From an uncultured Acidimicrobiales bacterium (lineage in GTDB: Bacteria > Actinomycetota > Acidimicrobiia > Acidimicrobiales > Poriferisodalaceae), in the NCBI GenBank assembly GCA_905477545.1, contig CAJQGN010000002.1:1-62468 (forward strand): a stretch of 62,468 nt of DNA. The letters are read 5' to 3'. Position 1 is the stretch's first letter; the number at the start of each line of letters is the position of its first letter. The position numbers were made by a program, and so were the translations under genes. Positions 55,155 through 62,468 of the stretch are shown one piece after another. The notes below the pieces were generated by a model. The model saw only the letters and a list, made by a program, of their open reading frames with translations. It searched no databases and was not told the DNA's origin.

Positions 55155-55811
55155 ATGGCTCTGCACCTCGGTCAACATGCCCTACTGGAGACGGAGAAAC
55201 CATTTGCATCGCTTCTGAGTAAACCTGGAGTGAATGAAGTGCTAGAGCTTCGGTCCAAATTTGGATTCATGGCATTCCATGGAGGTTGGCTAGAAGAAGT
55301 AACAGATGATATCGCTCAAGTCGCTGCTGAACGATCTGACTCCTCATTTTACGCTGTACTTCAGGGGCCAGACGAGCAGTGGCATATCCCTTCACACCTA
55401 GTAGCCCCTGCAGACTCTGCGTTGCTAACACAATTCATTGAACATGTGGACGTCGTAGTAGCAGTCCATGGCTTCGGTAGACCGGATCTTTTGAAATCCG
55501 TGCTGCTCGGTGGTAGGAACCGCCAGCTTGCAGAGTTCGTGGCTTGCCGCCTAATGACTCGCCTTCCACATTATGAAATTCTTTACGACTTAGAAAAAAT
55601 ACCCAAGAGCTTGCGTGGCCAACATTCTCAAAATCCTGTCAATCTACCTCGGGAGGGAGGTATACAGCTAGAGCTTCCGCCAAGGATTCGGGGGAAGAGT
55701 CCTTTATGGACAGGTTTTAAAGGGCCTGGCCGAGTTCCACATCATGAAGCTCTTATCGAAGGACTAGCAGCAGCAGCTAGGGACTGGATAACACTCAATA
55801 GCGCCACATAA
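55155..55811 (+). CDS. poly-gamma-glutamate hydrolase-like protein (YjqB/UPF0714 family)
   Basis: 218 aa. FMAFHGG and VVAVHGF motifs as recalled for this family. Moderate confidence without a search. Confidence 0.5.
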   Translation: MALHLGQHALLETEKPFASLLSKPGVNEVLELRSKFGFMAFHGGWLEEVTDDIAQVAAERSDSSFYAVLQGPDEQWHIPSHLVAPADSALLTQFIEHVDVVVAVHGFGRPDLLKSVLLGGRNRQLAEFVACRLMTRLPHYEILYDLEKIPKSLRGQHSQNPVNLPREGGIQLELPPRIRGKSPLWTGFKGPGRVPHHEALIEGLAAAARDWITLNSAT

Positions 55812-55819
55812 ATTCAACG

Positions 55820-56467
55820 CTAAGGAGCCAACCTGCTAACTACCCATCCTTGCGGTGACTTCTCGTATACCAATCGATCATGCAACCTGTTTGGGCGACC
55901 TTGCCAAAATTCGATGCGGTTAGGAGTTAGTTGATAGCCACCCCAATGCACAGGACGGGATGGATCAGCACCATCTAATTCATCAAACAGATTTGCCCAA
56001 AGAAGCTCTAACTCTCCTCTTCCGGCCACAACCTCACTTTGCTTCGAAATGACTGCCGAAATTCGCGATTTCCTTGCTCGCGTTTTAAAATAATTGTCAG
56101 AGACATCAACTGACACTTTTGCCACCGAACCCGAGAATCTAACCTGACGTTCCAGCGGAAGCCAACTAAAAATACTTGCAGCAAAGGGATTAGCATCTAA
56201 CTCTCTGCCCTTTTGGCTCAAGTAATTTGTGTAAAAAAGTAATCCGTCAGTAGATAATCCTCGCATTAACACGTTCCTCATTGATGGAATAACGTTTTCA
56301 GAAACAGTTGATACAACCATTGCCTCTGCATTGTAAAATCCTAAGTCTTGAGCGACCGTTAACCATTCTTTGAAAAAATTAATAGGATTATCGACAATGT
56401 CAGACTCCAATAACCCGCGCGCCATAAGCTGATCACGTAACGCTTTTACCTCTTCAGGATCATTCAT
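55820..56467 (-). CDS. pdxH: pyridoxamine 5'-phosphate oxidase
   Basis: Motifs RIEFWQGRPNRLHDR and a C-terminal RLAP. Start trimmed to the ATG at 56467. Confidence 0.88.
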   Translation of the reverse strand: MNDPEEVKALRDQLMARGLLESDIVDNPINFFKEWLTVAQDLGFYNAEAMVVSTVSENVIPSMRNVLMRGLSTDGLLFYTNYLSQKGRELDANPFAASIFSWLPLERQVRFSGSVAKVSVDVSDNYFKTRARKSRISAVISKQSEVVAGRGELELLWANLFDELDGADPSRPVHWGGYQLTPNRIEFWQGRPNRLHDRLVYEKSPQGWVVSRLAP

Positions 56468-56508
56468 CTGACTAAACTCCTTCGGTCTCGAAACAACTGG
56501 CAAATCAC

Positions 56509-56853
56509 ATGACCTCAAGTTTGGTGTTAAAAATCTCGTTAGGTGCGATCATCGCGTCGTTATTACGGTGGGCTTTCCAATCTGCTAGCGACCCTGCTCT
56601 CGGCCTTCTAGTCGCAAACACCATTGGCTGTTTTATCATCGGTTGGGCTACTAAAAGCCAATGGTCGACACAATCTTGGTTGACTGTGGGTTTTTGCGGT
56701 GCTCTAACTAGCTTCTCAGCTCTTTGTTTTCATGTCGCTACTTCTATCAACGACGCTAATTATCTAGCTGCTCTCTCCGAAATATTTGTAACAATTATTT
56801 TCTGCTCAATTGCATTTCTGTTAAGCCGACGGGTCCGATGGCGTACCTCATAA
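56509..56853 (+). CDS. crcB: fluoride channel CrcB/Fluc, paralog 1
   Basis: 114 aa, 4 TM helices, NTIGCFIIG and GFCGALTSFS motifs. Confidence 0.85.
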   Translation: MTSSLVLKISLGAIIASLLRWAFQSASDPALGLLVANTIGCFIIGWATKSQWSTQSWLTVGFCGALTSFSALCFHVATSINDANYLAALSEIFVTIIFCSIAFLLSRRVRWRTS

Positions 56854-57167
56854 TTATTAGTTTTATCGTTCTAGTCAGCACTGGCGCCATAATTCGATGG
56901 TACGCAACTAGATACTTTGGCCTAATAGGAACTTTGCTAATTAACCTTTTAGGGGCATTTGCGCTCGGCCTACTTACCAATACTGGCGGGTCAACCGCAG
57001 TGGTACTTGGAACAGGCGCACTAGGTTCTCTAACGACTATTTCAGGGCTGGCACTTCATTTGGATCAGCTATTGAGAAACGACAAAAAGCTAGCTATTGG
57101 CTATCTAGTACTTTCTATATCCGGAGGCATCGCAGCAGCATTATTAGGAATAAAACTGGTCGACTAA
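56838..57167 (+). CDS. crcB: fluoride channel CrcB/Fluc, paralog 2
   Basis: 109 aa with INLLGAFALG and GALGSLTTIS. It overlaps paralog 1 by 16 nt. Confidence 0.85.
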   Translation: MAYLIIISFIVLVSTGAIIRWYATRYFGLIGTLLINLLGAFALGLLTNTGGSTAVVLGTGALGSLTTISGLALHLDQLLRNDKKLAIGYLVLSISGGIAAALLGIKLVD

Positions 57168-57168
57168 C

Positions 57169-58422
57169 CTATTTAGGTCCGTCGATCCGCTCATAGCCCA
57201 CATATTTTTGGAGCACTTCAGGCACCTCTATTGAACCATCTTCCATCTGGCAGTTTTCCATCAAAAAAACTAACGTGCGCGATATTGCACACGCAGTCCC
57301 ATTCAATGTGTGAACCAAACCACTGCCGGAATCATCTTTATATCGACTCGACATTCTGCGTGCTGAATAATCAGTGTAATTAGAGCACGACGTGACTTCC
57401 CGGTAAGCGCCTTCAGACGGTAACCAAACCTCAAGATCATATTTTTTTGCGGCCGCAGCTCCTAGATCTCCAGCTGCGACGGCAATAACTCTGTACGGTA
57501 AATTTAATGAACTAACAATTTTTTCTTGCAGGTCTCGAAGCTTTTCAAGTTCTTCCCAGCTCGAGTCAGGGTCACAAAATGAAAACATTTCAACTTTATC
57601 GAACTGGTGAACTCTAAAGATACCGCGTGTATCTTTACCATAAGTTCCAGCTTCTCTGCGAAAACATGATGAGAACCCAGCGTATCGGATAGGTAATTTA
57701 GCCCTATCAAGCCTTTCACCCCGATGGAGCCCCGCAAGTGCCACCTCAGCCGTTCCAGTAAGAAACAAATCATCGCCCGCTATCTCATACACCTGATTAC
57801 GATCAGTGGGGAAAAACCCAGCATCGATCATCATCTCTTCACGCACCAGCACAGGAGGGACAACGGGAATAAAGTCATTCATTTCTAATAGATCAAAGAC
57901 ATACTGGATCAACGCGAACTCTAGTCGAACTGCTGGGCCCATTAAATAGGCAAACCGACTGCCACTGTTTTTTACGGCGCGTTCACTATCGACCATCCCG
58001 AGTAGCTCACCAAGATCTGCATGGTCGTATTCTCTAGGCTCAGTACGTTCTCCTACTTCTTTAATAACGATAAATTCTTCTTCACCGCCTTCAGGAACGC
58101 TTTCGTGCGCGGGGTTTGGTACCTGAAGAATCAGTTCTTCAACAAGCTGTTTAGCTATCGTCTCGGCGTTCTCTAATTTCTCAAGCGAGATTTTTAAAGT
58201 TCCAGCGTGACTTATTTTTTCTGGACGCTCATCAGCCGTCGCACGTCCAATTTCTTTGCTGGCAGCGTTGTGCGCAGCTCTCGCTTCATCAGCTTCATGA
58301 GTAACAGATCGCGAAGCTATATCAGCTTCAAGTAAACGATTTATGACATCGCTATCAGTGCCCTTTTTGATCGCACCTGCACGATAACTAAGTTCATTGC
58401 GGAGACGTCTGAGATCTATCAC
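57169..58422 (-). CDS. serS: serine--tRNA ligase
   Basis: 417 aa. N-terminal coiled coil and class II motif 2: FRREAGTYGKDTRGIFRVHQFDKVE. Confidence 0.93.
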   Translation of the reverse strand: MIDLRRLRNELSYRAGAIKKGTDSDVINRLLEADIASRSVTHEADEARAAHNAASKEIGRATADERPEKISHAGTLKISLEKLENAETIAKQLVEELILQVPNPAHESVPEGGEEEFIVIKEVGERTEPREYDHADLGELLGMVDSERAVKNSGSRFAYLMGPAVRLEFALIQYVFDLLEMNDFIPVVPPVLVREEMMIDAGFFPTDRNQVYEIAGDDLFLTGTAEVALAGLHRGERLDRAKLPIRYAGFSSCFRREAGTYGKDTRGIFRVHQFDKVEMFSFCDPDSSWEELEKLRDLQEKIVSSLNLPYRVIAVAAGDLGAAAAKKYDLEVWLPSEGAYREVTSCSNYTDYSARRMSSRYKDDSGSGLVHTLNGTACAISRTLVFLMENCQMEDGSIEVPEVLQKYVGYERIDGPK

Positions 58423-58496
58423 GAACTTTGACCGTACCGGTTAAACGCACTCAAAAGAAAGCCGCTATCTCAAACAGCGCAGAAAAGAAACCATTT

Positions 58497-58850
58497 TTAA
58501 CAGAACCGTCCAGCATCACAACCCGCTGGATCAGTCCAAAAGACCAGTGAAGTAGCCATGGCTGCAAAAACAACGACTGCTAAGACGAGCCCAGTTATGA
58601 ATAAATAACTGAAAATTTTATTATCAAACTTAAGATGCATGAAGTACGAGATTACGATTTGAAACTTTACGACCATCAAGATGAGTAATGATGGAACTTC
58701 CAAAACTCCAAAGTCAACAAAATAAGTTAATACTTCGATAGCAGTTAACACGGCTAAAAGTAAAGCTATTTTGATGTAACCAACATCACTTAAACCGTGG
58801 TCTTCGTGTTCGTCGGTTCCCTCTGCATGGGAGTCGGTGATAACATTCAT
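58497..58850 (-). CDS. ctaF: cytochrome c oxidase subunit IV (prokaryotic COX4/CtaF-Bacillus type)
   Basis: 117 aa with 3 TM helices. It is the last gene of the cta operon. N-terminal HEDHGLS...YIKIALLLAVLTAIEV. Confidence 0.7.
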   Translation of the reverse strand: MNVITDSHAEGTDEHEDHGLSDVGYIKIALLLAVLTAIEVLTYFVDFGVLEVPSLLILMVVKFQIVISYFMHLKFDNKIFSYLFITGLVLAVVVFAAMATSLVFWTDPAGCDAGRFC

Positions 58851-58863
58851 CGGACCAATACTC

Positions 58864-59547
58864 CTATGGGATTAGATAAACGACGGCAAAAATTACGATC
58901 CAAACAATATCTACAAAATGCCAGTAGAGACCAATTATCTCTACTGTCTCAGCACGCTCAGCACCAATGTTACCCCGGCTTATAAGTGACCAAAGGGTTA
59001 CTAGCATTATGATGCCGAGTGATACGTGCACACCGTGAAAGCCAGTGAGCGTGAAAAAGGCAGACGACGAGATATTCGTCGTGAAGCCGAGCCCCTCACG
59101 GTAAAATCCCGTGAACTCGTATACCTGACCGGCTATGAACACTGTCCCTAATATGGCAGTGGTGAGCAGCCACATTTTGCAACGCTCTAACTCACCTCTA
59201 CCTATTGAGGTAACTGCTAACACCATTGTCAGTGAACTCATCAAAAGAACAAACGAACTGACTGACGTAAACGGGATATCGAACAGATCTGCAGCGGTGG
59301 AGCCTTCGGTATCCGGACCAACACGATTACGAAGCAAAAGATATGTTGATATCAGTGACGCAAACAATAGACAATCAGAGCCTAGGAAAGCCCACATCGT
59401 CATTTTTTCGTTACTGAGCCCCGTGGTAAGAGGGGGCACATCGTAGTCATCCCATTCAGTCGGACCATATGCCAACTGTGAGGTCTTGACCTCAGTTGCA
59501 TTATCCAACGGGAGCCTCCTCCGTGCTTTCATCTTTTGGTAAATCAA
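58864..59547 (-). CDS. ctaE: cytochrome c oxidase subunit III
   Basis: 227 aa. WAFLGSDCLLFASLISTYL and FHGVHVSLG motifs. The start (59547 or 59532) overlaps the end of ctaD. Confidence 0.85.
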   Translation of the reverse strand: MIYQKMKARRRLPLDNATEVKTSQLAYGPTEWDDYDVPPLTTGLSNEKMTMWAFLGSDCLLFASLISTYLLLRNRVGPDTEGSTAADLFDIPFTSVSSFVLLMSSLTMVLAVTSIGRGELERCKMWLLTTAILGTVFIAGQVYEFTGFYREGLGFTTNISSSAFFTLTGFHGVHVSLGIIMLVTLWSLISRGNIGAERAETVEIIGLYWHFVDIVWIVIFAVVYLIP

Positions 59548-61516
59548 TTAAATTTTCTGACTGGTCACCATCAGGCTCATCATGGTCATCGCCATGTCCA
59601 TGACCTGCATCTGGATCAGTATGTGGTTCCAAACTCCAGCCATATATGGCTGCTACCAGAACTAAAAGCCCAATGCCAGTTAACCAAAGAGTGTAAATGA
59701 GCCCTAAAGCTATTAAAGGAAGCCCAGAAGCTAACACAATCGGCCAGTAAGACGGAGACGGCAGGTGAGGATGTTGATCACCTAGTTGCGCAATCGCGTT
59801 ACCATCGGCCACTTTGCGAAGTTTACCGTTCTCATCTTTTTGGTATTTTTTATGCCAAAAGTCGTCTACATCAGTTACCACTGGCACGTAGTCAAAGTTG
59901 TGTTCTGGCGTTGGTGAAGGAATTGCCCATTCTAGAGTTCTCCCATCCCAAGGATCAGCTGGAGATTGCTCGATTGTTCCGGCTTTATAACCAAGCCAAG
60001 TCTTAACGATGTTTATAGCGAAGACAATCATTCCAATTAAGATGACGAACGCTCCAATTGAAACCATCAAGTTCCAGAAATCAAAACCATCTTCTGGTCC
60101 ATATCTACTATGTCGCCTTGCCATTCCTTGTAAGCCCAAAATATGCATTGGCCCGAAGGTCAAATTAAAGCCGACTAGAACGATCCAGAAATGCCATTTG
60201 CCTAGAGTGTCGTTCAGTTTGTATCCGAACGCCTTTGGCCACCAGTAGTACATTCCAGCGAACAGCCCCATTAGAGCGCCACCAAATAGTACGTAGTGAA
60301 AGTGAGCGACAATGAAATAGGTATCAGTTTGCTGTGTGTCCGCTGGCGCCACCGAATGCATCACGCCCGACAAGCCGCCAATAGTAAACATAGACACTAG
60401 CGATATTGAGAACATCATCGGAACGGTGAAAGTGATTTTGCCGCCCCACATTGTGGCTATCCAGTTCAAAATCTTAACACCTGTCGGAACTGCGATAAAC
60501 ATGGTAGTTGCCGAGAATGCTGCAACGCTCACTGGTCCAAGCCCGGATACGAACATATGGTGAGCCCATACGCCCCAGCCCATAAATCCAATTGCGGCTC
60601 CAGATATAACAATCACCGAGTAACCAAAGAGCGGTTTCCGACTAAATACTGGGAGCGTCTCAGAAACGATACCAAATGATGGGAGTATCAAAATATAGAC
60701 TTCCGGATGCCCGAATATCCAAAATAGATGCTGCCAGAGAAGCGGATCAGCTCCCATGCCGACATTGAAGAAGTTGGCGTCAAATGTTCTGTCCATAGAC
60801 AAAAGCACCAGAGCGACAGTTATGACAGGTAATGCAAATAGTAACAAAAACTGAACTACCAAAATCATCCAGGTAAAGACCGGCATACGAAGAAGGGTCA
60901 TTCCGGGAGCACGCATATTAATAATTGTGACAATCAGGTTTATCGCCCCAACTAGCGATGCAATACCAGCTATTTGTAGACCCAACGCATAAAAATCCAT
61001 TCCTGCGCCAGGGCTAAACGTCACACTGGTATTTGGAGCGTACGCAAACCAACCGCCGTCTGGCCCACCACCAAGAAACCAGCTTAAGTTGAGAAAAATG
61101 CCACCGAAAACAAAAATCCAAAGTCCCAGGGCATTCATCCGTGGAAACGCTACGTCACGGGCACCAATTTGGAGAGGGACAATGTAGTTGGCAAACGCAG
61201 CTGCAAGTGGCATAACCACTAGAAACACCATTGTGGTGCCATGCATTGTAAAGATTTGGTTGTATTGCTCAGCGGTTAAAACTGTTCCATCTGGAGTTAA
61301 AAGTTGGCTTCGTATTAGGAGCGCTTCGATACCACCCCAAAAAAACCAAAACATCGCGACTGCGCCGTACATTATTCCAATTTTTTTATGATCAACGGTA
61401 AAAACCCAAGCCCTCCAACCTTTTGCATTCGTTGGTCGAGCAAACGCGCCGGTAGAAGGCTTTGTCTCACCACTCTCAATTTCGAGGATTAGAGGAGGTT
61501 CCTCTGTAATCGCCAT
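59501..61516 (-). CDS. ctaD: cytochrome c oxidase subunit I (extended, about 14-TM form)
   Basis: 671 aa with WIFGHPEVYILILP and the HHMF region. It has two extra C-terminal TM helices and an acidic/His-rich tail. Confidence 0.95.
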   Translation of the reverse strand: MAITEEPPLILEIESGETKPSTGAFARPTNAKGWRAWVFTVDHKKIGIMYGAVAMFWFFWGGIEALLIRSQLLTPDGTVLTAEQYNQIFTMHGTTMVFLVVMPLAAAFANYIVPLQIGARDVAFPRMNALGLWIFVFGGIFLNLSWFLGGGPDGGWFAYAPNTSVTFSPGAGMDFYALGLQIAGIASLVGAINLIVTIINMRAPGMTLLRMPVFTWMILVVQFLLLFALPVITVALVLLSMDRTFDANFFNVGMGADPLLWQHLFWIFGHPEVYILILPSFGIVSETLPVFSRKPLFGYSVIVISGAAIGFMGWGVWAHHMFVSGLGPVSVAAFSATTMFIAVPTGVKILNWIATMWGGKITFTVPMMFSISLVSMFTIGGLSGVMHSVAPADTQQTDTYFIVAHFHYVLFGGALMGLFAGMYYWWPKAFGYKLNDTLGKWHFWIVLVGFNLTFGPMHILGLQGMARRHSRYGPEDGFDFWNLMVSIGAFVILIGMIVFAINIVKTWLGYKAGTIEQSPADPWDGRTLEWAIPSPTPEHNFDYVPVVTDVDDFWHKKYQKDENGKLRKVADGNAIAQLGDQHPHLPSPSYWPIVLASGLPLIALGLIYTLWLTGIGLLVLVAAIYGWSLEPHTDPDAGHGHGDDHDEPDGDQSENLIDLPKDESTEEAPVG

Positions 61517-61556
61517 AGGTTGGGTCTCCTAGAAGCCGCTACGGGCGGATATCAGA

Positions 61557-62468
61557 TCAGCTGGGCATCAACGGCGGTTTTCCGCCGAGGGTTTGTAAAT
61601 AACTAACAATGTCATCGAGTTCAGGTCCATTCAGGATCTCAGCAAATGACATCATTCCCTGCCGATTTTCCGGTCGGGAAGGTTTTTGGCCAGGTGCATT
61701 TCGAACCCATTCACGAAGATCAGCAACGTTAACTGACTGGTCTTCGTTGTATAGCTCGAAAAGACTACCTCCAAAAGAGGTGCGACTCATTAAATGAGTC
61801 AAGTTGGGAGCGACACCGGAGGCTAAATTAGCGTTACCGCCTGCTGCACCTTCATAAACGCCGTTTATGACATGGCAACTAATGCAATGAACACCAAACA
61901 AATCATACCCTCGTTTAGCAATTTCATCAGTTGGTATAGATGACTCGGCGATCTGGCTTTCCTGCCAAATTTTGTAGTCAGCAGCTTCTAGTGCCACAGC
62001 CCGTATTTGCATATTTGCGTGACTTAAGCCACAGAACTCTGTGCATTCTCCATAGAAAATTCCGGGTACTGGCGAACTAATACGCCAGTGATGAACTCGT
62101 CCCGGTACAGCATCTTTTTTGCCATTCAATTGCGGAATCCAGAACGAATGAATTACATCATTGGACGTGATTTCAAGATTAACTTCTTGACCAACGGGTA
62201 TCACAATTTCATTAGAGGTAATAATATCTGATTGGCCGTCATCGTCTAAGTCATAGCTAAACTGCCACCACCACTGTTGACCAGTCACCTGGATGGTTGG
62301 CCCGTCGCCTTTGTCGTGTAAGTCAAACACTGAAGGGATGGTCGCAACTGCTAGAAATAAAAGCATTACCACAGGGATAAGAGTCCACGTCAATTCAGCT
62401 TTTTTATTTCCGTGCACCTGCTCTGGGAGTTCATCGGGATCATCGCCAGGCCGAACTCGAAATTTAAA
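61557..62468 (-). CDS. ctaC: cytochrome c oxidase subunit II with fused C-terminal cytochrome c domain (5' end outside the window)
   Basis: CuA site CTEFCGLSHANM and heme-c motif CISCH. The reading frame stays open upstream of the GTG at 62417 to the window edge (..FRVRPGDDPDELPEQVHGNKK), so the gene is N-terminally truncated here. Confidence 0.9.
   Translation of the reverse strand, partial: FKFRVRPGDDPDELPEQVHGNKKAELTWTLIPVVMLLFLAVATIPSVFDLHDKGDGPTIQVTGQQWWWQFSYDLDDDGQSDIITSNEIVIPVGQEVNLEITSNDVIHSFWIPQLNGKKDAVPGRVHHWRISSPVPGIFYGECTEFCGLSHANMQIRAVALEAADYKIWQESQIAESSIPTDEIAKRGYDLFGVHCISCHVINGVYEGAAGGNANLASGVAPNLTHLMSRTSFGGSLFELYNEDQSVNVADLREWVRNAPGQKPSRPENRQGMMSFAEILNGPELDDIVSYLQTLGGKPPLMPS

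Noticed and set aside
56468-56508. Fluoride riboswitch upstream of the crcB pair
   Set aside because: Only about 40 nt separate crcB from the divergent pdxH start, and I could not find the conserved crcB-motif elements.
1-62468. CRISPR arrays, transposases, integrases, toxin-antitoxin or recognisable defence genes
   Set aside because: I saw no spaced direct repeats and no ORFs with the corresponding motifs. The only tandem repeats are the in-frame ones inside the lipoprotein gene.

Overview
This is a very gene-dense 62.5-kb chromosomal segment with many 4- and 8-nt start/stop overlaps and convergent genes only 1-16 nt apart. It most likely comes from a moderately low-GC member of the Actinomycetota. 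The clues are the mshA-ybjN-histidine phosphatase neighbourhood, a PAC2 gene, the SRP RNA/tRNA-Ser next to dnaX-ybaB-recR, SURF1, and apparent leaderless or GTG/TTG starts. I found no CRISPR array, transposase, integrase or rRNA.

Contents in order:
- BMP-type nucleoside/sugar ABC importer, then TrmH.
- An ethylmalonyl-CoA-type trio (thiolase / crotonyl-CoA carboxylase-reductase / epimerase).
- recR-ybaB-dnaX, then SRP RNA abutting tRNA-Ser(GGA), tadA and tRNA-Ser(CGA).
- ABC exporter, xseAB, S9 peptidase, SURF1, PatB-like aminotransferase, TauE, aroC, PAC2, azlCD.
- A catabolic block: DUF35 + SCP-type thiolase, mmsA, acyl-CoA dehydrogenase, and a 1208-aa fused 5-oxoprolinase/hydantoinase.
- FkbM methyltransferase.
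- A small accessory-looking stretch (32.9-35.6 kb) with an orphan small gene, a repeat-containing lipoprotein, a Zn-ribbon protein, a ChrR-type cupin and a ~590-bp gene-free gap.
- ybjN-mshA, a MoaD-like protein coupled to a membrane protein, and a histidine phosphatase.
- The photolyase/P450-ABC1 cluster (39.3-50.3 kb) described below.
- tRNA-Lys, ybaK, dut, orn, an MBL hydrolase, TlpA/CcdA, pdxH, two crcB genes, serS.
- A caa3-type cytochrome oxidase operon (ctaC truncated by the window end).

The most unusual content is the cluster at 39.3-50.3 kb. It comprises photolyase + acyltransferase converging on a translationally coupled minus-strand operon:
- an FAD amine-oxidase-like protein;
- a single-ORF cytochrome P450::ABC1/UbiB kinase fusion;
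- an HTH + B12-binding regulator carrying the CarH-type Wx9EH motif;
- TIGR01777, SDR-DUF2867 and DUF1295 proteins.

I read this as a candidate light/photo-oxidative-stress-controlled lipid or quinone modification system. All functional calls rest on motifs read from the supplied translations and on synteny. No database search was run.
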